This document shows positions 38,341-50,890 of a DNA stretch of 64,000 nucleotides, one piece after another (the stretch's first letter is position 1; each line of letters opens with the position of its first letter). The stretch lies in NCBI GenBank assembly GCA_000934665.2, contig KZ538068.1, forward strand, positions 62,001 to 126,000, given 5' to 3'. Under the pieces are notes generated by a model. The model made no database searches. It saw only the letters and a list, made by a program, of their open reading frames with translations, and was not told the DNA's origin. The stretch comes from Catajapyx aquilonaris (Eukaryota). The position numbers and the translations under genes were made by a program.

Positions 38341-41300
38341 CTGACTTGCAAACCTATGGTTCTCTACTCCTAACGTACAGAACTTTTCGGTCTCTGCGGA
38401 TGTTCACATTTCAGAGCACGCAGTTCCACAACTTATTCGCAATCTTGTAATCCAGATCGATTTTCTCTCTCGCTGCATGCGTTGCAGGCGATACCCTTTT
38501 GCAGGGCCCTTACATTTTTCAACTGGGAAGATTCAGAAGAAACACTACGGCAATGCGGCTGGCCCAGGCCCACCACGAATCCCATTTTGCGCTACATGCT
38601 CCTCCTAGAAAAAGAGGGGGAAGTCTGTGAAATATTTACTGTTTGCAACTTGTCTTTCCCTGCTAAATTTACTTCCTCAACTCCTTCAGGCATTAATATT
38701 TCAGATCCTGGCTCCTCCAAACATATGCCTCTTCAATGCTAGCCCCTAACCTCTCTTTTTCTTTTCCTTCATTTCCATTTGCAGGAGTCTGGTAGGAAAA
38801 GTCACGTCGCACCCCCCCCCCCCCCCCCTTGCGACATTCTTTTTTTCTTCTTCCAGGGGAGGAAGGGGGGGGAGGTCGCTCTGCAATGCCTCGCCCTCAG
38901 TGCACCCATAAAAGGTGGAACAGCTTGAGGTATGGCGGCCTGTATCATATTGAAAGGGCTGAAAGCAGCCATTTTCCCCTCCGCCCTGCCGAAGCCTAGA
39001 CCTGGCCGAAATTGGGATGGATTGTCCTTTGGTGAATTGGCGCCGCGGCTGGAAGCCAGGTCGCCCTGCGCCCGCCTTACTTGCTGCACAAATGGCCTAG
39101 GCTAGTAGCTAGGGGGGGGGGGGGGAGCAGACATAGGTAGACTCTACGACCAATAGGAGTTTTTTCTTGAAGAAAAAGGCGGAGGCGCCATACCGTCTGG
39201 GGCAATCGGGGATGCGAAGAACGTAGTCCTCACCTGCAGAGTCGGCTCGTTTCTTAACTATTGTGGGATAAATAGTGCGTTTTGACTAGGTATATGCTGG
39301 AAAATGCACAGGTCAGCTCCGAAGAGTTCTAGCTCACAAGGGAGTTGTTGACTGGCTTGCCGGAAGCCCAGGCTTGACATCCTTCGACTTTTTATCTTTG
39401 AGGTTACCTCCAAGAGAAGCCCTACTGACACAAACCATGCATCACGCCAGGTTGCTTGAGATACGATCAGGAGCAAATGCTGGCCCGCTTTACTATGAAT
39501 ATATAGCGAGCTGGAAGTAGGGCGCCTCCGTATACACTATGACCGTTATTCTGACCGTTGGTTTTGGCGCGAGTGAGCGCCATACTTGCGCCCCTCCAGG
39601 CAGTGCGGAGAAACGCCCGGATATTGGCATTTGAAAGGCAACAGGGCAGGAAACCCGCATTTCTTAAAGCGGTTTCGAGAAACAATGAGCATAAGAAGGG
39701 GGAGGAGAAGCACAGAAAGAGAGAACAATAAGGAAGAAGGCGGTAGGGGAGTGAAAGAATGAATGCATCTGGAGCGGGACATATGGCAAGCTGCTGGAAA
39801 GGGCTGGAAAGGCGAAATGCAAGGAGTCTGAAAATGAAAAATTTACTACGTGAGCCTGGAGAAACACAAATCACTTCATGGTGTCCGACGGAGGGCGTGT
39901 GTCTCCATTTATTCTGGGATCGGGAGGGAAGACTAAATCCTGAGAAGTTCCCCCCCTCCCACACCTCCCAGGTTATGGAGGCAGGGAGAAGAGGCCAAAA
40001 GGGATGCCAACTCGGAAAAGATACGCGGCCTAAGAACTGGGCCTAGTCCCAGAGTTAACTTGGTTCGCTCGTATAACAGCACTCCAGTCCAAATTTTCGG
40101 GACCTGGTTCCAACTTTGGATGGGGGTAGCTTTATCGCATTGAATATTCTACTGCCACTCGACGCAGGACTTTTCGAGTGGTATCCGTCTACAGGGGGGT
40201 CAAAAATTCCTGACAATTCAAGGCTCTCTTTGTTTAACTGTTGAAATAGATAGATTGGTATGAACATATTTACGACTATGGAGATTTCAGCTGAGGCAAT
40301 TCCTGAATACGTTTAACAATTTTGTTAGAACGTGCCAGTACGAAAATATGCTGCAGGCATATTTCAAATTATAATCAAATATTTCCACCGTGTTACAGTG
40401 TACTGAAAACGTTGCTGCAAGCTATTTGCTAAAAACTTTTGAACCTATATTTTCACAACCATGTGGAAATTGTTTCGTTTCAAACTAATATTGCTAATTA
40501 CAAGTTACACACAGTCAATTGCAAAACTCTTCGCCCTTGTTCCTGACCACTGTCAACTCTTCGTAAGACTCTGGGGGCCACGCATCTTCAAAAAACAACT
40601 AAAACTTTTCTTTTAATTAGCGAGAAAGCGGGACTTTGCAGCCGAAGATAGTTTGCTTAATCAACATGAAGTGGTCCCGAAGCACCTATTCCAATTTCGA
40701 CTCTCAAGACGGATCGCGATGCAAAGGCCGAAGACGTCTCGTGGAAACTTCCACGTCGCTCTCCTATTCTATTTACTTTCTTCATCCATATTGAATCTAG
40801 AGTCAAAGCGGGGTAAAAGGTGGAATATTTCATTACGTTAGTTTGAGCAAAGGTCTACAGAAACCGAAGGGTGGGGTACCATGAAGAGCTGTGGATTTCA
40901 CTTTGGAAATTATGGCCCAGTTGGTGACAAAGGACCCTCTTTTTCTCCACGGGCAAATTCGGGGCACGAAGACTCGATAAGTAACGGAATTATCGCCACC
41001 AAATGCATAATTAAATCGCTCTAAAAGTTTAATTACTGGAGTTGATAAGACGTAAAATGGGACTTTTTTCCCCTTTCTTCCTAAGCCTCAGTTTGCGCAA
41101 TGTTGCCAGGGTGCATGATTTGCTCCAAAGATAACAAAATGTTTGTACCCTTCCTGGAATAAATATTGTCTAATTTCCAATTTTAATCTGCAGGAAGCGT
41201 TCCTCCGAGATTTTGCCTCGAATCAGCTTTTTCTGCCGTATATACTGTATACTGCGCCTTTTTTTTTTGGAAGGTAACTGGAGGACGGCACTGCAGCAGG

Positions 41301-44300
41301 GACCATACGACTTTCAAAAGAGAGCAGCTCTGGGCTAGTCGAACTCGATTTCGAAACTTACGGACACTACCGACGGTGCACACAAAAAAAGTGAATGCAT
41401 TTTTTATGGGTGCCGGATGGCGATACTGGCATTTGCATAATGTGAGCTACTTTGACTGATTTGCACAAATTTGGGTGACATCTATAGGATAGTACTGCAG
41501 TCTACTTAAAATTACACTGGTTTAGTACCGGTACCAGGAACGTGGGGGTGCTAACTTTTTAAAATGATAGTTATATACAAAAGGCATGTGTGTTTATTGT
41601 TAGCTGGTAAACTTTAATTTAATTTAAAATACAGTAGGACCTCGCGGACAAGTGAAACCGATGGATACATTTAAAAATTCACAATTTTATTAAAATTTAT
41701 CTACATTTCCAAACAGCGGATAACCGGGGGCCGACATATCCAGCTTTCATCTATATAAATTTTGCTTGCCTGTTCATTGATTGGCCTTGTGGTTAACCAC
41801 TGACCACTCGGTCTCATTCAAACACAGGAGGGCCAATTTGGGCCAAGGGAAAGCCCAAGCTCGTCAACAAGAAGACAGGAAAATGAGCATGGCTGCCAAG
41901 AATGCGACGCGTGCCCATCGTGCACCATGACATCGTTTCACATTTCACCGATACTCGTTAACATGTCTTCATCCACGGCACAGCTCAGCAAGGATGTGAT
42001 GGAGTGGACTCCTTTACAGGAGTAACAGGTGACAAAGATGAAATATTCCGTTTCCAGACACAAATGGACGCGCTGGAGTTGGTGATGGATGTACGAGTCA
42101 TTCCCTGCACCGACAGGACATTTCAGGAGGTCTTTTCGATCGTTTTCTTTTTCCCCGCCGCTTTTTTTTTCCACGGGGAATCCCCGTAACAGGGCGGGAA
42201 AAAGCTCATCACGGACTGGAATGTGGCAGGCTTCCACGGCGTTAATCGTAATTACCGGACACGCGTCGAAATTTAATAGGCCCTGTCTGCCCGTGTAAAT
42301 GCGAGACTCACAGGAAGTCAACTAGTACTAGTTTCAGGAAATTGCCTGCTCGACCTGCTATCAGGTCATCCGATTGGCACACATGTCAATTTTTAGGACA
42401 CGTACCTGCTGGGTGAGTCAGGGTGAGAGTATACTGGATTAAATGAGTCACCCCGGATGACCTCGGAATTTCCCCATTACTCCAGCACACTCTTCATAAA
42501 CCCGGCCAAAATACGTCCGTGTTTACGCCATCTCAGCAAGATACGGCTCGGAGGGCAGATTACGTTCATATATGAGATGCGTGTCGCAATCTTCAGAGAG
42601 GACAATCCCCTCTCTGGGTATATGCTATCCTGCCTGGCAAGAAATGAGGAAATGTTCAAGATGGCCGTATGTCGACCCACTTATTGTTCATCCCTATCAG
42701 TCATTCAATCCTATCGACCAGCTTGGTAGATGGCGCCTCAAGCTGGAACACTCCCGCCCTCTTTAAATTTACTCGTAATTTTTTATTATTAAAAAAATGT
42801 AATATGGCTGATGTGGCATTGACCAACAAAGGAGAAGTGATCTTTCTGGCACGTTTGCAGGGAGCTGACTAAACAGAGTTTATGAGGTGGGGCAACAACC
42901 TCGTTGTTCGGAGCCAAACGGAATTCACTACGCCTCTCTGCGGGAACCAAAGCCAACCGTAAAACAGTCTTTGTTTACAAGAACAGTGGGCTTAATTGGA
43001 CAATTAACTTTAAACGGGTGAGACGACTTCAGACTGCTGTACTCGCTTTCCAGCCGACAGTTCCACAATAATTCTGGGGGTAGACTACTATCGATATTTC
43101 CCCCCCTCCCCCAACCATTCCCCTGTTTAAATTACGTTGCGTCGTCAGTTCGATTCCTATGCCCAAAGTTATGAATTTCATTATGGCAGCCCAGAGTTTG
43201 CTTTGCATTAGGTTCGCCCCATTTGCAGCGAGGGATTTCAAAGGTGGTGGTTGTGAGGGTAGAGAGAGAGAGGGGGGGGGGGGTCTATATGTTCTACTTG
43301 CAGATGGTATTGGCCTGGCTAATGCTCTTGTTGTTCTCGCTTTCCCTGTGTCATTAGGCGACCATTGATGCCTTCAACTGCCTGGTTCAATGGGATGTGG
43401 AAGTGAGGACATGAGCCATGAACTCCGCCATCTTGGGGCCGAATATATTTTACATCTTATTCTGGACCGAACCCAGAAACTGTAAGAAATGGATGAGGAT
43501 TAATAATGAAACTCAACAGGTTGTCCAGGGCTGCTGTGGTCAGGTCGGTGGGTTGGGGGGAAATTCGACCGCCCTCCATGCATACGTACCCTAGGATGTG
43601 CATGGGGAGCAACAGGCTCTCATAAATTACCATTCCTTCCGTCTTTCAACCCCTCCCTACCCCCCCAACCCCTAACAAGCGTAATTCTGCGCCAGTCGTC
43701 GAGGGAATCGATTCCACTTTCAGCACCCTTTTTGTATTATTGAATGGGTTAGTTGCCTTCGGGAAACATGTCATCCACATGATAAATGGCCTGCTACAAA
43801 ATCCATATTTTTCAAGTGTCATGTGCGTTTTGCCAATGGGTAGCACACACGAGTCAATGGAGCTACCTTTTGTTACACAGTGTACTTCAAGAGGGTCGAT
43901 CTGAGCAGCCAATTTCCTTTCTTCTCCAACCAGTCTTTGAGCTGCTCTTCACTAGGTTCTGGAACATTTACGGGTTTGGGGGGGACAAGGGTACTCATTC
44001 CCCCCCTCTTAGTCCCTGCCTCTCAAATAACCCTCTTCTCCTGATGGCCACAAAATTAGTAGATATTTCGCAAGCATTGGCCCACTTGCTTTTACGCTCT
44101 TTGCCATCTGATTACTACTGTACTTTAAAAAAGCCCATGCCTGCCCCCTATTAATAGTCTTTGACTCATGGATTGGGAATGGGCTTTACGCAACAGGTTG
44201 CATTTGTCATCTTCGCTGGGGCTGAAATGGCTCTGAATTATGGGGAATGAGAGAGCTTGTCCCTCTGCCAAAAGCTGTCTGTTGTAGATAAGAAGTCCGT

Positions 44301-46050
44301 AAAAGACATTGCCAATTTTTTCAACAGATGGCAGCACTGGAAGAATTTACGGCCTGCTGGCGACATCTCTTGACGGTTACACCCAATTTTTTCCCCATGG
44401 AGGCGCATCACGTGCGTTTAATGTTGCGATGAGTGTGACCAACACGTCCAGAGCGCCCCGCTTCAACCAGGGGCAATTACGCAGGCTAGGCTTGCAAAGT
44501 ACATCCCCCTAAACCGCACATTATTCTGCAGACAAACTATCCATATTTTGGCAACGGTGGTAATTGTTCACGCCCCATGGTGTTAAATAGCAGTCGCCCG
44601 GAGTTCACAAGTATTAAGGTAAAATATTTGGGTTGGCATTCGGTTTAATGGCCTAAAGCGCTCTGAGTAACATTCGTCGCTCTCTAATGTGAACCTGGCG
44701 AAATATACTGTAACAGATGCATCGGGGAGCTTTTTCGCCCAGTTGCTACAACATTTTGGGTGTACAAAAAATGCTGTAAATTTTTGCACAATTAGTTTTT
44801 GGAATAAGCATTTGGAGATGAAATAATATTTTTTGTGTGTGTCAACCGACCGGATGAGTGACGAGCTGTAGTCTCAAGCTGGCGTGTGACAATAAGACAA
44901 AAGCCTGGGCGAGTATACACTCAGGATGTGACGGTTGTCGCCTCGGATCGCAGCATAGCTTACCTCTCAGAAGCAGGATGTCACATCCGTCACGTAGGAG
45001 CAAAACTTCCATCACAGGGGTTTTTCCCTTCACAGCACAAGCGTCCAAGGAAACTGCCGAGAAGAAACGTGGGTTACAGAAACCCACTTGACATCCCTTT
45101 GGTCGGAAGCCAAACGGCGCCAGCCAAGGATTTCCAATCCTTACACCGCAGCAAAAGGGATGATATATAGCCATCTGTCACCTGACTGTATTTAGGCTAA
45201 TGCCAGATCCGTGATCAACTTGGTGACAATAGACACGTACGAAAGACAATCTAATAACTAGTGACAAAGTGCATTTTTTTCATATTATTTCTGCCACTTG
45301 TCACAGCGCATTTGTCGCCAACGTCCAATTCCTTTTTGCTATGTAGCTTCCAGTCACGTGTCACTGTCTGCGAGGGGCCATCTGCTGAAAAAAGGTCAGG
45401 GAGAATTGTCCCTTGCGCCATGCATAAGGATGAATGTCTGGTACATGCCGGTCCTGAATCATGCAGTCTGACTTTTTTTTTTTGGTCCCTACTGTGTTTG
45501 ACCTCTGGCCGTACCTTGAAAGCCAATATTCTTCTGGGGTTAATCCGGTCCTCCCTCGCCAACCCGCGGTGATGGATTTGCCATTAAATTGACTAATTCA
45601 GGCAGCGTTAAAATGCAATAACCGTGATAATAAATGTAAATTGACCGGAGCTTTTAAAAAATCCGGTAATGGAAAATACACATCGTATGGTAATGAAAAT
45701 TTATGAATCGTTGAAACGGTTGTCAAATGAACCGTTGGCACCACCAGCGCCATGGCGTGAACAGTATACCCAGTAGCAGTTGACATCTCCATTTCTTCAC
45801 TCGCAATGGATGGCGGAAATCCAAATAATTCTTCCCGCCAAATAAATCGCACCCACAAGACATAAAACGAGTTGTAACTTTGCTGCTAATTATAAATTTC
45901 ACTAGTTTTTGGAGTCGACTGAAAATGCTCAAAATTTGATATCAATTAAACTGACATTTCTTCCATATGTTTGTAATATTATTATTTGAAGCTACCGTGC
46001 ATTTTAAATGTACTGTATTGCCTACACATAGGTAACATTTCCTAAATATA

Positions 46051-46322
46051 GGGGGACATGGTGGTCTAGTGGCTATGCTACTGGCCAGCCAAGCGGGAGG
46101 TCCGGGGTTCAAATCCCTTCCCCGTCACTTCTGCTTGGTCGGGTCTTTTTCCGCTTTTCACCCGACATGTCCGAGCAGACTTGCACTCCCTACTCTGCCC
46201 AGGGCCAGGAGAAAAAAACTGGTGCATTTCAGAAAGTCAGAAATAACTATAATTACAGCGCCCTCCCTTATTGGGAACCTCCCTAAGAGGGTCCCTGACC
46301 CTATCACGGGATATAAAAAATA
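46051..46322 (+). mobile_element. tRNA-derived SINE, family 2, full-length with 12-bp TSD
   Basis: GGGGGACATGGTGGTCTAGTGG (A box), GGTTCAAATCCC (B box), unique body, short A tail. Exact direct repeat TTCCTAAATATA at 46039-46050 and 46323-46334. Confidence 0.92.
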
Positions 46323-47272
46323 TTCCTAAATATACTCCATAAATATTACATAAAATACCGTATATCACACATTAAATCAATATTAAAACATGAAACTGTA
46401 TCAATATTATTAAATAAAATATGTAAAATATCAGATATGATATCAAATACATCAAAATGAAATACCTGTATAATTATAATTTTTGGCATTTATAAAGGAT
46501 TTGTGTAAAAAGGCCACACGTTTACTGGAAACGTGCTTACAATTTGGAATGTGCTTAAGACATAAATATTCAATCAGGAGGAAGACTTAAATTTGAGGTG
46601 ATGCGATGGGCGGATATATCTGGCTACGGGCATGCCAAATTGGAAGATGTTCCTTATATTCAAGAGATGGCCCCCTACCCCCCAACTTTTCGGCGCCCCC
46701 TAAGATTAGCGGTGATGAGAAAATGCCAAAAGCCTAAAGTTGCTCTCCGGCCTGTATAATATCAACTTAATTACAGCTGGCTCTTTGGGAACCATTATTG
46801 ATTTTATACTTGCTCCCAGTAGTGGAAGGAAAAGCCTTGTCTGCTTGGCGCTGATAGGCCCCCTTCCACCTTAGGCCCCAATGAGAACCAAACTCAAAGA
46901 GGGTGGGAAATACTAAGGGGCGAAAAAGGGGGGGGGAGATCATTTTTCTTGGACGATTTTTAGCCAAGCTTTGCAGAATCGTGGTTGTGAGGTAGGGGGA
47001 GGAATAGAAGTAGCGTAGGGAGGAGGGAGGGGGGGGGGAGACTTTTCCGGCCTCCCTCCCTTCCCTATCCTACCCTGTGATTTCTCTCAGGGCAAGCCAT
47101 TATGGCAAAAAGGCCTTGATTTTCACAGCCTCATTTCAAGCATTTTCATCTCAGGGCTGTGAACCAGATCCGTCCTCGCCACTCTCATCATTTTCGCAGA
47201 AACAAATCCTGTGAGAGGTTCTTCCAACCGACACATTTCGAAAATGAGATATGACTCTAATTACCAAATTTC

Positions 47273-47357
<85 letters not shown>
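47273..47357. repeat. (TAA)n microsatellite, ~28 units
   Basis: Uninterrupted trinucleotide run. Confidence 0.99.
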
Positions 47358-49060
47358 CCAGCATTTAGTATTGCATCTGGCAGTACTGGTAATAAAGAAA
47401 TAAAATAATCCAGCTCTGCCTCTCCCCTCACATTAAAACAAATAGGTAATCCGGTCAATTCCCCAGCCCCGACCGTAAGATCCCCATAATCCTCCTTACC
47501 CTCCCCAAACACAAGCTTCCATCACCCCCTCCTCCCTCCCATCCGAAATATAAATTTGATTACATTTATAATCGGGTGGGCTGGAATTTCCAGGATTCCC
47601 GGAGTGTATATTATCCATTCTGCAAGGGTCTATTACCCATTCTGCGACAGGCAAGTAATGGGGAAAGGGGCATTTCCTTCCTACCCCCCCGCCTTCCCCC
47701 ACTTTAATCGGGACAGAGGGGGAGGTAGGGACGTATCCCTCGTATTCATTAGGTCGACAGCAGTTTCCAAATGATGGGTCAAACTTTAGCGTCCCGTCTA
47801 AATACTGTGACTGGGCCTGTGATGATGAGATGCAATTGCGAGTAAACTAGTTTCCTCCGAGGAAAGATTTTCTCCTGGAAACAGAATCAGTTTATGAAGA
47901 GGGTTTATAGCTGGTGCAGGTGTCGGGTAAGTCTGGATGTTCCAGATTGCTAAGGATTCAAATTTACCCGTGTGTTGGCGTCCCCCCACCCACGCTTCAT
48001 CCCTACCCACGCCTCACTCCTTCTAACGGTCATAATATGACCGTTACAATTTATCACCCCCCTTTTTTTTGTTACGTTTACAGAATTTTCGGCGCAACAA
48101 AAAGAAAACTGGGTGATAAATCTGAAAGCAATTTTTTGACACGTTTCAAAAGACGTCGCGATGAATTAATAAAGTTGAGTTTTTGTTATTGGCGAACCGG
48201 TTAGAGTCGAAGAAATCTGTCGCTTTATCGATTGTCGTCGGCCCAATCTTGGTATTGAAATGAGGCACCCCGTTTCTGGTTTGATAAAAAGTCTGAATCT
48301 AGTGATGATGAATTTCCACTTTGACTTTGTCAAGGATCAATCTTGTAACTGATTTCTGAGCGCACATCAATTATTCCAGTGAATGTGGAAATATCTGGAC
48401 TATATTTGACATGATGTCTGCAGAACCTGGTTCAAAACTCTGCATGCAACAGTTTAAGCCGGATCATCCAACCGAAGTGGCTAATTGCAACCGATGATGA
48501 GCCGAAGTTTATTTACACCTCGTTGGACACAACGTTGGACACAACAACCCTTCCAAATATGTCACCCCAGGACGTAAACACTGGCAGGGATTCCATTATT
48601 TCACGCCATGTCAACGGTGACCTTTCCAAACCGGATATGCTTCCCTGGCCAATTAGCAATGCAAACACCGACACTTCCGTTTGTCAAGGTCCAAGGTGAC
48701 CAGCAGGTGAGGAGGGGGCAAGGGAGGGGTCGTGTGACCTCTCCACGACCGACATGCGGCGAAGGCGAAAGGGCGGATGGGTCTGCCGCCACAAAGGGAC
48801 ATGGTTTATCACGTCGCCTGCATTTGCATATGAATCCAGGAGTCGCAGATCCCCAGATGACGCCCTCCCTGGCTGGCATCAAGGAACAAGACGCCGAGGT
48901 TGCCGGATCTACCGAATTACCTTCACTGTCAACCACCATCAAAATATGATTTTTTTTTGAAAAAATTGCGTAAATTTTGAAAACAATATTTTGTGAAAAA
49001 AATGTGTCAATATTGAAACCAATATTTTTTGGAAAAACAAAATTTTTTGAAAAATGGTGG

Positions 49061-49102
49061 TGCGACAAGACTTATTTTTCCTCAAAAATAAGTCTTGTCG
49101 CA
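49061..49102. repeat. Perfect inverted repeat, 19-bp stem with 4-nt loop
   Basis: TGCGACAAGACTTATTTTT-CCTC-AAAAATAAGTCTTGTCGCA. Confidence 0.95.
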
Positions 49103-50588
49103 ATTTTCATATAGCACCCTTGACCATTACTGACCATGTCGTGAGTCAACCCGTGACATTTGCCAAATCGGCTTCCTCCCCGAAAAAAACACACCCAAAA
49201 AAACATGGCGGACTTTAATTGCTGGAGTATTTAGCGCGATTTATATCTGTCGTGTGCAGTGTCGTCTGGTGCAGTTTAGAAAAAAAACAACAACTGGGTA
49301 ATGCCTGGGCTGGTAAATAAATGTGTCTCATGCCTCTCGTGAAATTGCTAATAAACTCCCTTGCTCATAAAAAAAGGCAGAAAAATTTACGCTAACCATT
49401 TGCATAATTTCCGACGGGTGCAGCCAAGATTTCATTCCGGGAAGCGGGTTGGTAGAGAGCGAATGTGTTTACAACTGGCTGGGCCTGAATAGNNNNNNNC
49501 CCCCCCCCCCCCCAAAAAAAAACAACTAGAAAAAAGTGTACCTCTGCATAATGGTTCAGAAAATGTACAGTAATTTGTAAGAAGTCATCTGACACAAATC
49601 AGGTGGAAACTTGCCAATTGGGAAATGGCGTGTGTTAGTCACTATAATAACTAGGGACATCGAATAGCCTAAGGGTTCATTTGGCCAAGTTCTGTATTTT
49701 CCCAGAATCGGTCGAATCCTCAAAGCACGATGATATCACTGGCAGGGGTGGAGTTAAAGGGCCCTTTGTACTGACTCATCTTGATAAGGATTTTTTTTGT
49801 TGCTTTGTAGAGCAAGCAACGGCCAACTGTACAGGTCGTACATCGCAGACTGGAGATATGATAGCTGGAGGTATTTTTGCTGTAACGTATGTAGGTAACT
49901 CACTAGGCAGGTCATTCAGAGTTGTGATCCTATAGATTTCAAATTGAGCAAAGCTAGCCTCAAACAAGGCTTCCACTAACCTGATAACAAATCATGTAGC
50001 CTCCTCCCAGGCCCTTCCGACAACCTAGCCAAAGAGCCAAAGAGATTCGAAAATTGGCACTATTTATCAGATTAGCAAACTGCAACTCTTAGCGTTAATC
50101 CTATTCGTTCCTTCCAAACGTTTCTTCCAATTAACGTAAACTATAAGCCTATCATTTTTGACGCACTGTAGCCAACTAATTCCGGGGCCCAGTAATTCAG
50201 CAAGGCAAACGAACAGAAACTAATGTTGTTAATAAAGAGAGACATGCTGGTTTTGAAGTCTTGAGTCGAGAGAAATCTCAGCCCGACAAAGAGGATTCTG
50301 TCTAAGAATAGGGAAAATTCGGGAAAAGCAGGGAGAAGGAAAGGGATTTTGAGGAAAGATATCTTATTAATCATTCCCGCTTCCCTTGTTGACAAGAGAG
50401 CAAGGGAAGCTGTGTACTGTAGACGGCGCTCTATATTGGAGCAAGCAATTGTTGCCATTTTCCTACTGCCTTTGAAGACAGTTTCAAGGAAAGTGGGTCG
50501 TATTATTGCAAGAGTTACTCTATTTTCGGCAGCATTTCGTCCGACGGACCTTTTCGTCTTTTATTTTGGAAAGACATTTTGTTCCATA

Positions 50589-50890
50589 AAGTCATCTCAT
50601 CCAATACATTTTGTCCCATCATGAAGTCATCTCATCCAATACATTTTGTCCCATGAAGTCATCTCATCCAATACATTTTGTCCCATCATGAAGTCATCTC
50701 ATTCAATACATTTTGTCCCATCATGAAATCATCTCATCCAATACATTTTGTCCCGTCATGAAGTCATCTCATCCAATACATTTTGTCCCATCATGAGTCA
50801 TCTCATCCAATAGATTTTGTCCCATCATGAAGTCATCGCGTCAAAGAGATTTTGTCCCATGAAGATAATTATCTCGTCTAATAAATTTTG
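50589..50890. repeat. Minisatellite, 35-bp unit (AAGTCATCTCATCCAATACATTTTGTCCCATCATG), ~8 copies, degenerating 3'
   Basis: Direct tandem repeat with a 32-bp variant lacking one CAT. Confidence 0.97.

Noticed and set aside
44334..44352. GCACTGGAAGAATTTACGG resembles the 3' part of miR-263a/miR-183-family mature sequence as I recall it
   Set aside because: The seed is disrupted (ATGGCAGCAC instead of ATGGCAC) and I see no complementary arm downstream to form a pre-miRNA hairpin. Probably chance.
47211..47512. Poly-Asn and poly-Leu ORFs
   Set aside because: These are translations of the (TAA)n microsatellite.
50589..50890. 35-bp repeats of CRISPR-like length
   Set aside because: Units are head-to-tail with no unique spacers, there are no cas genes, and the context is eukaryotic.
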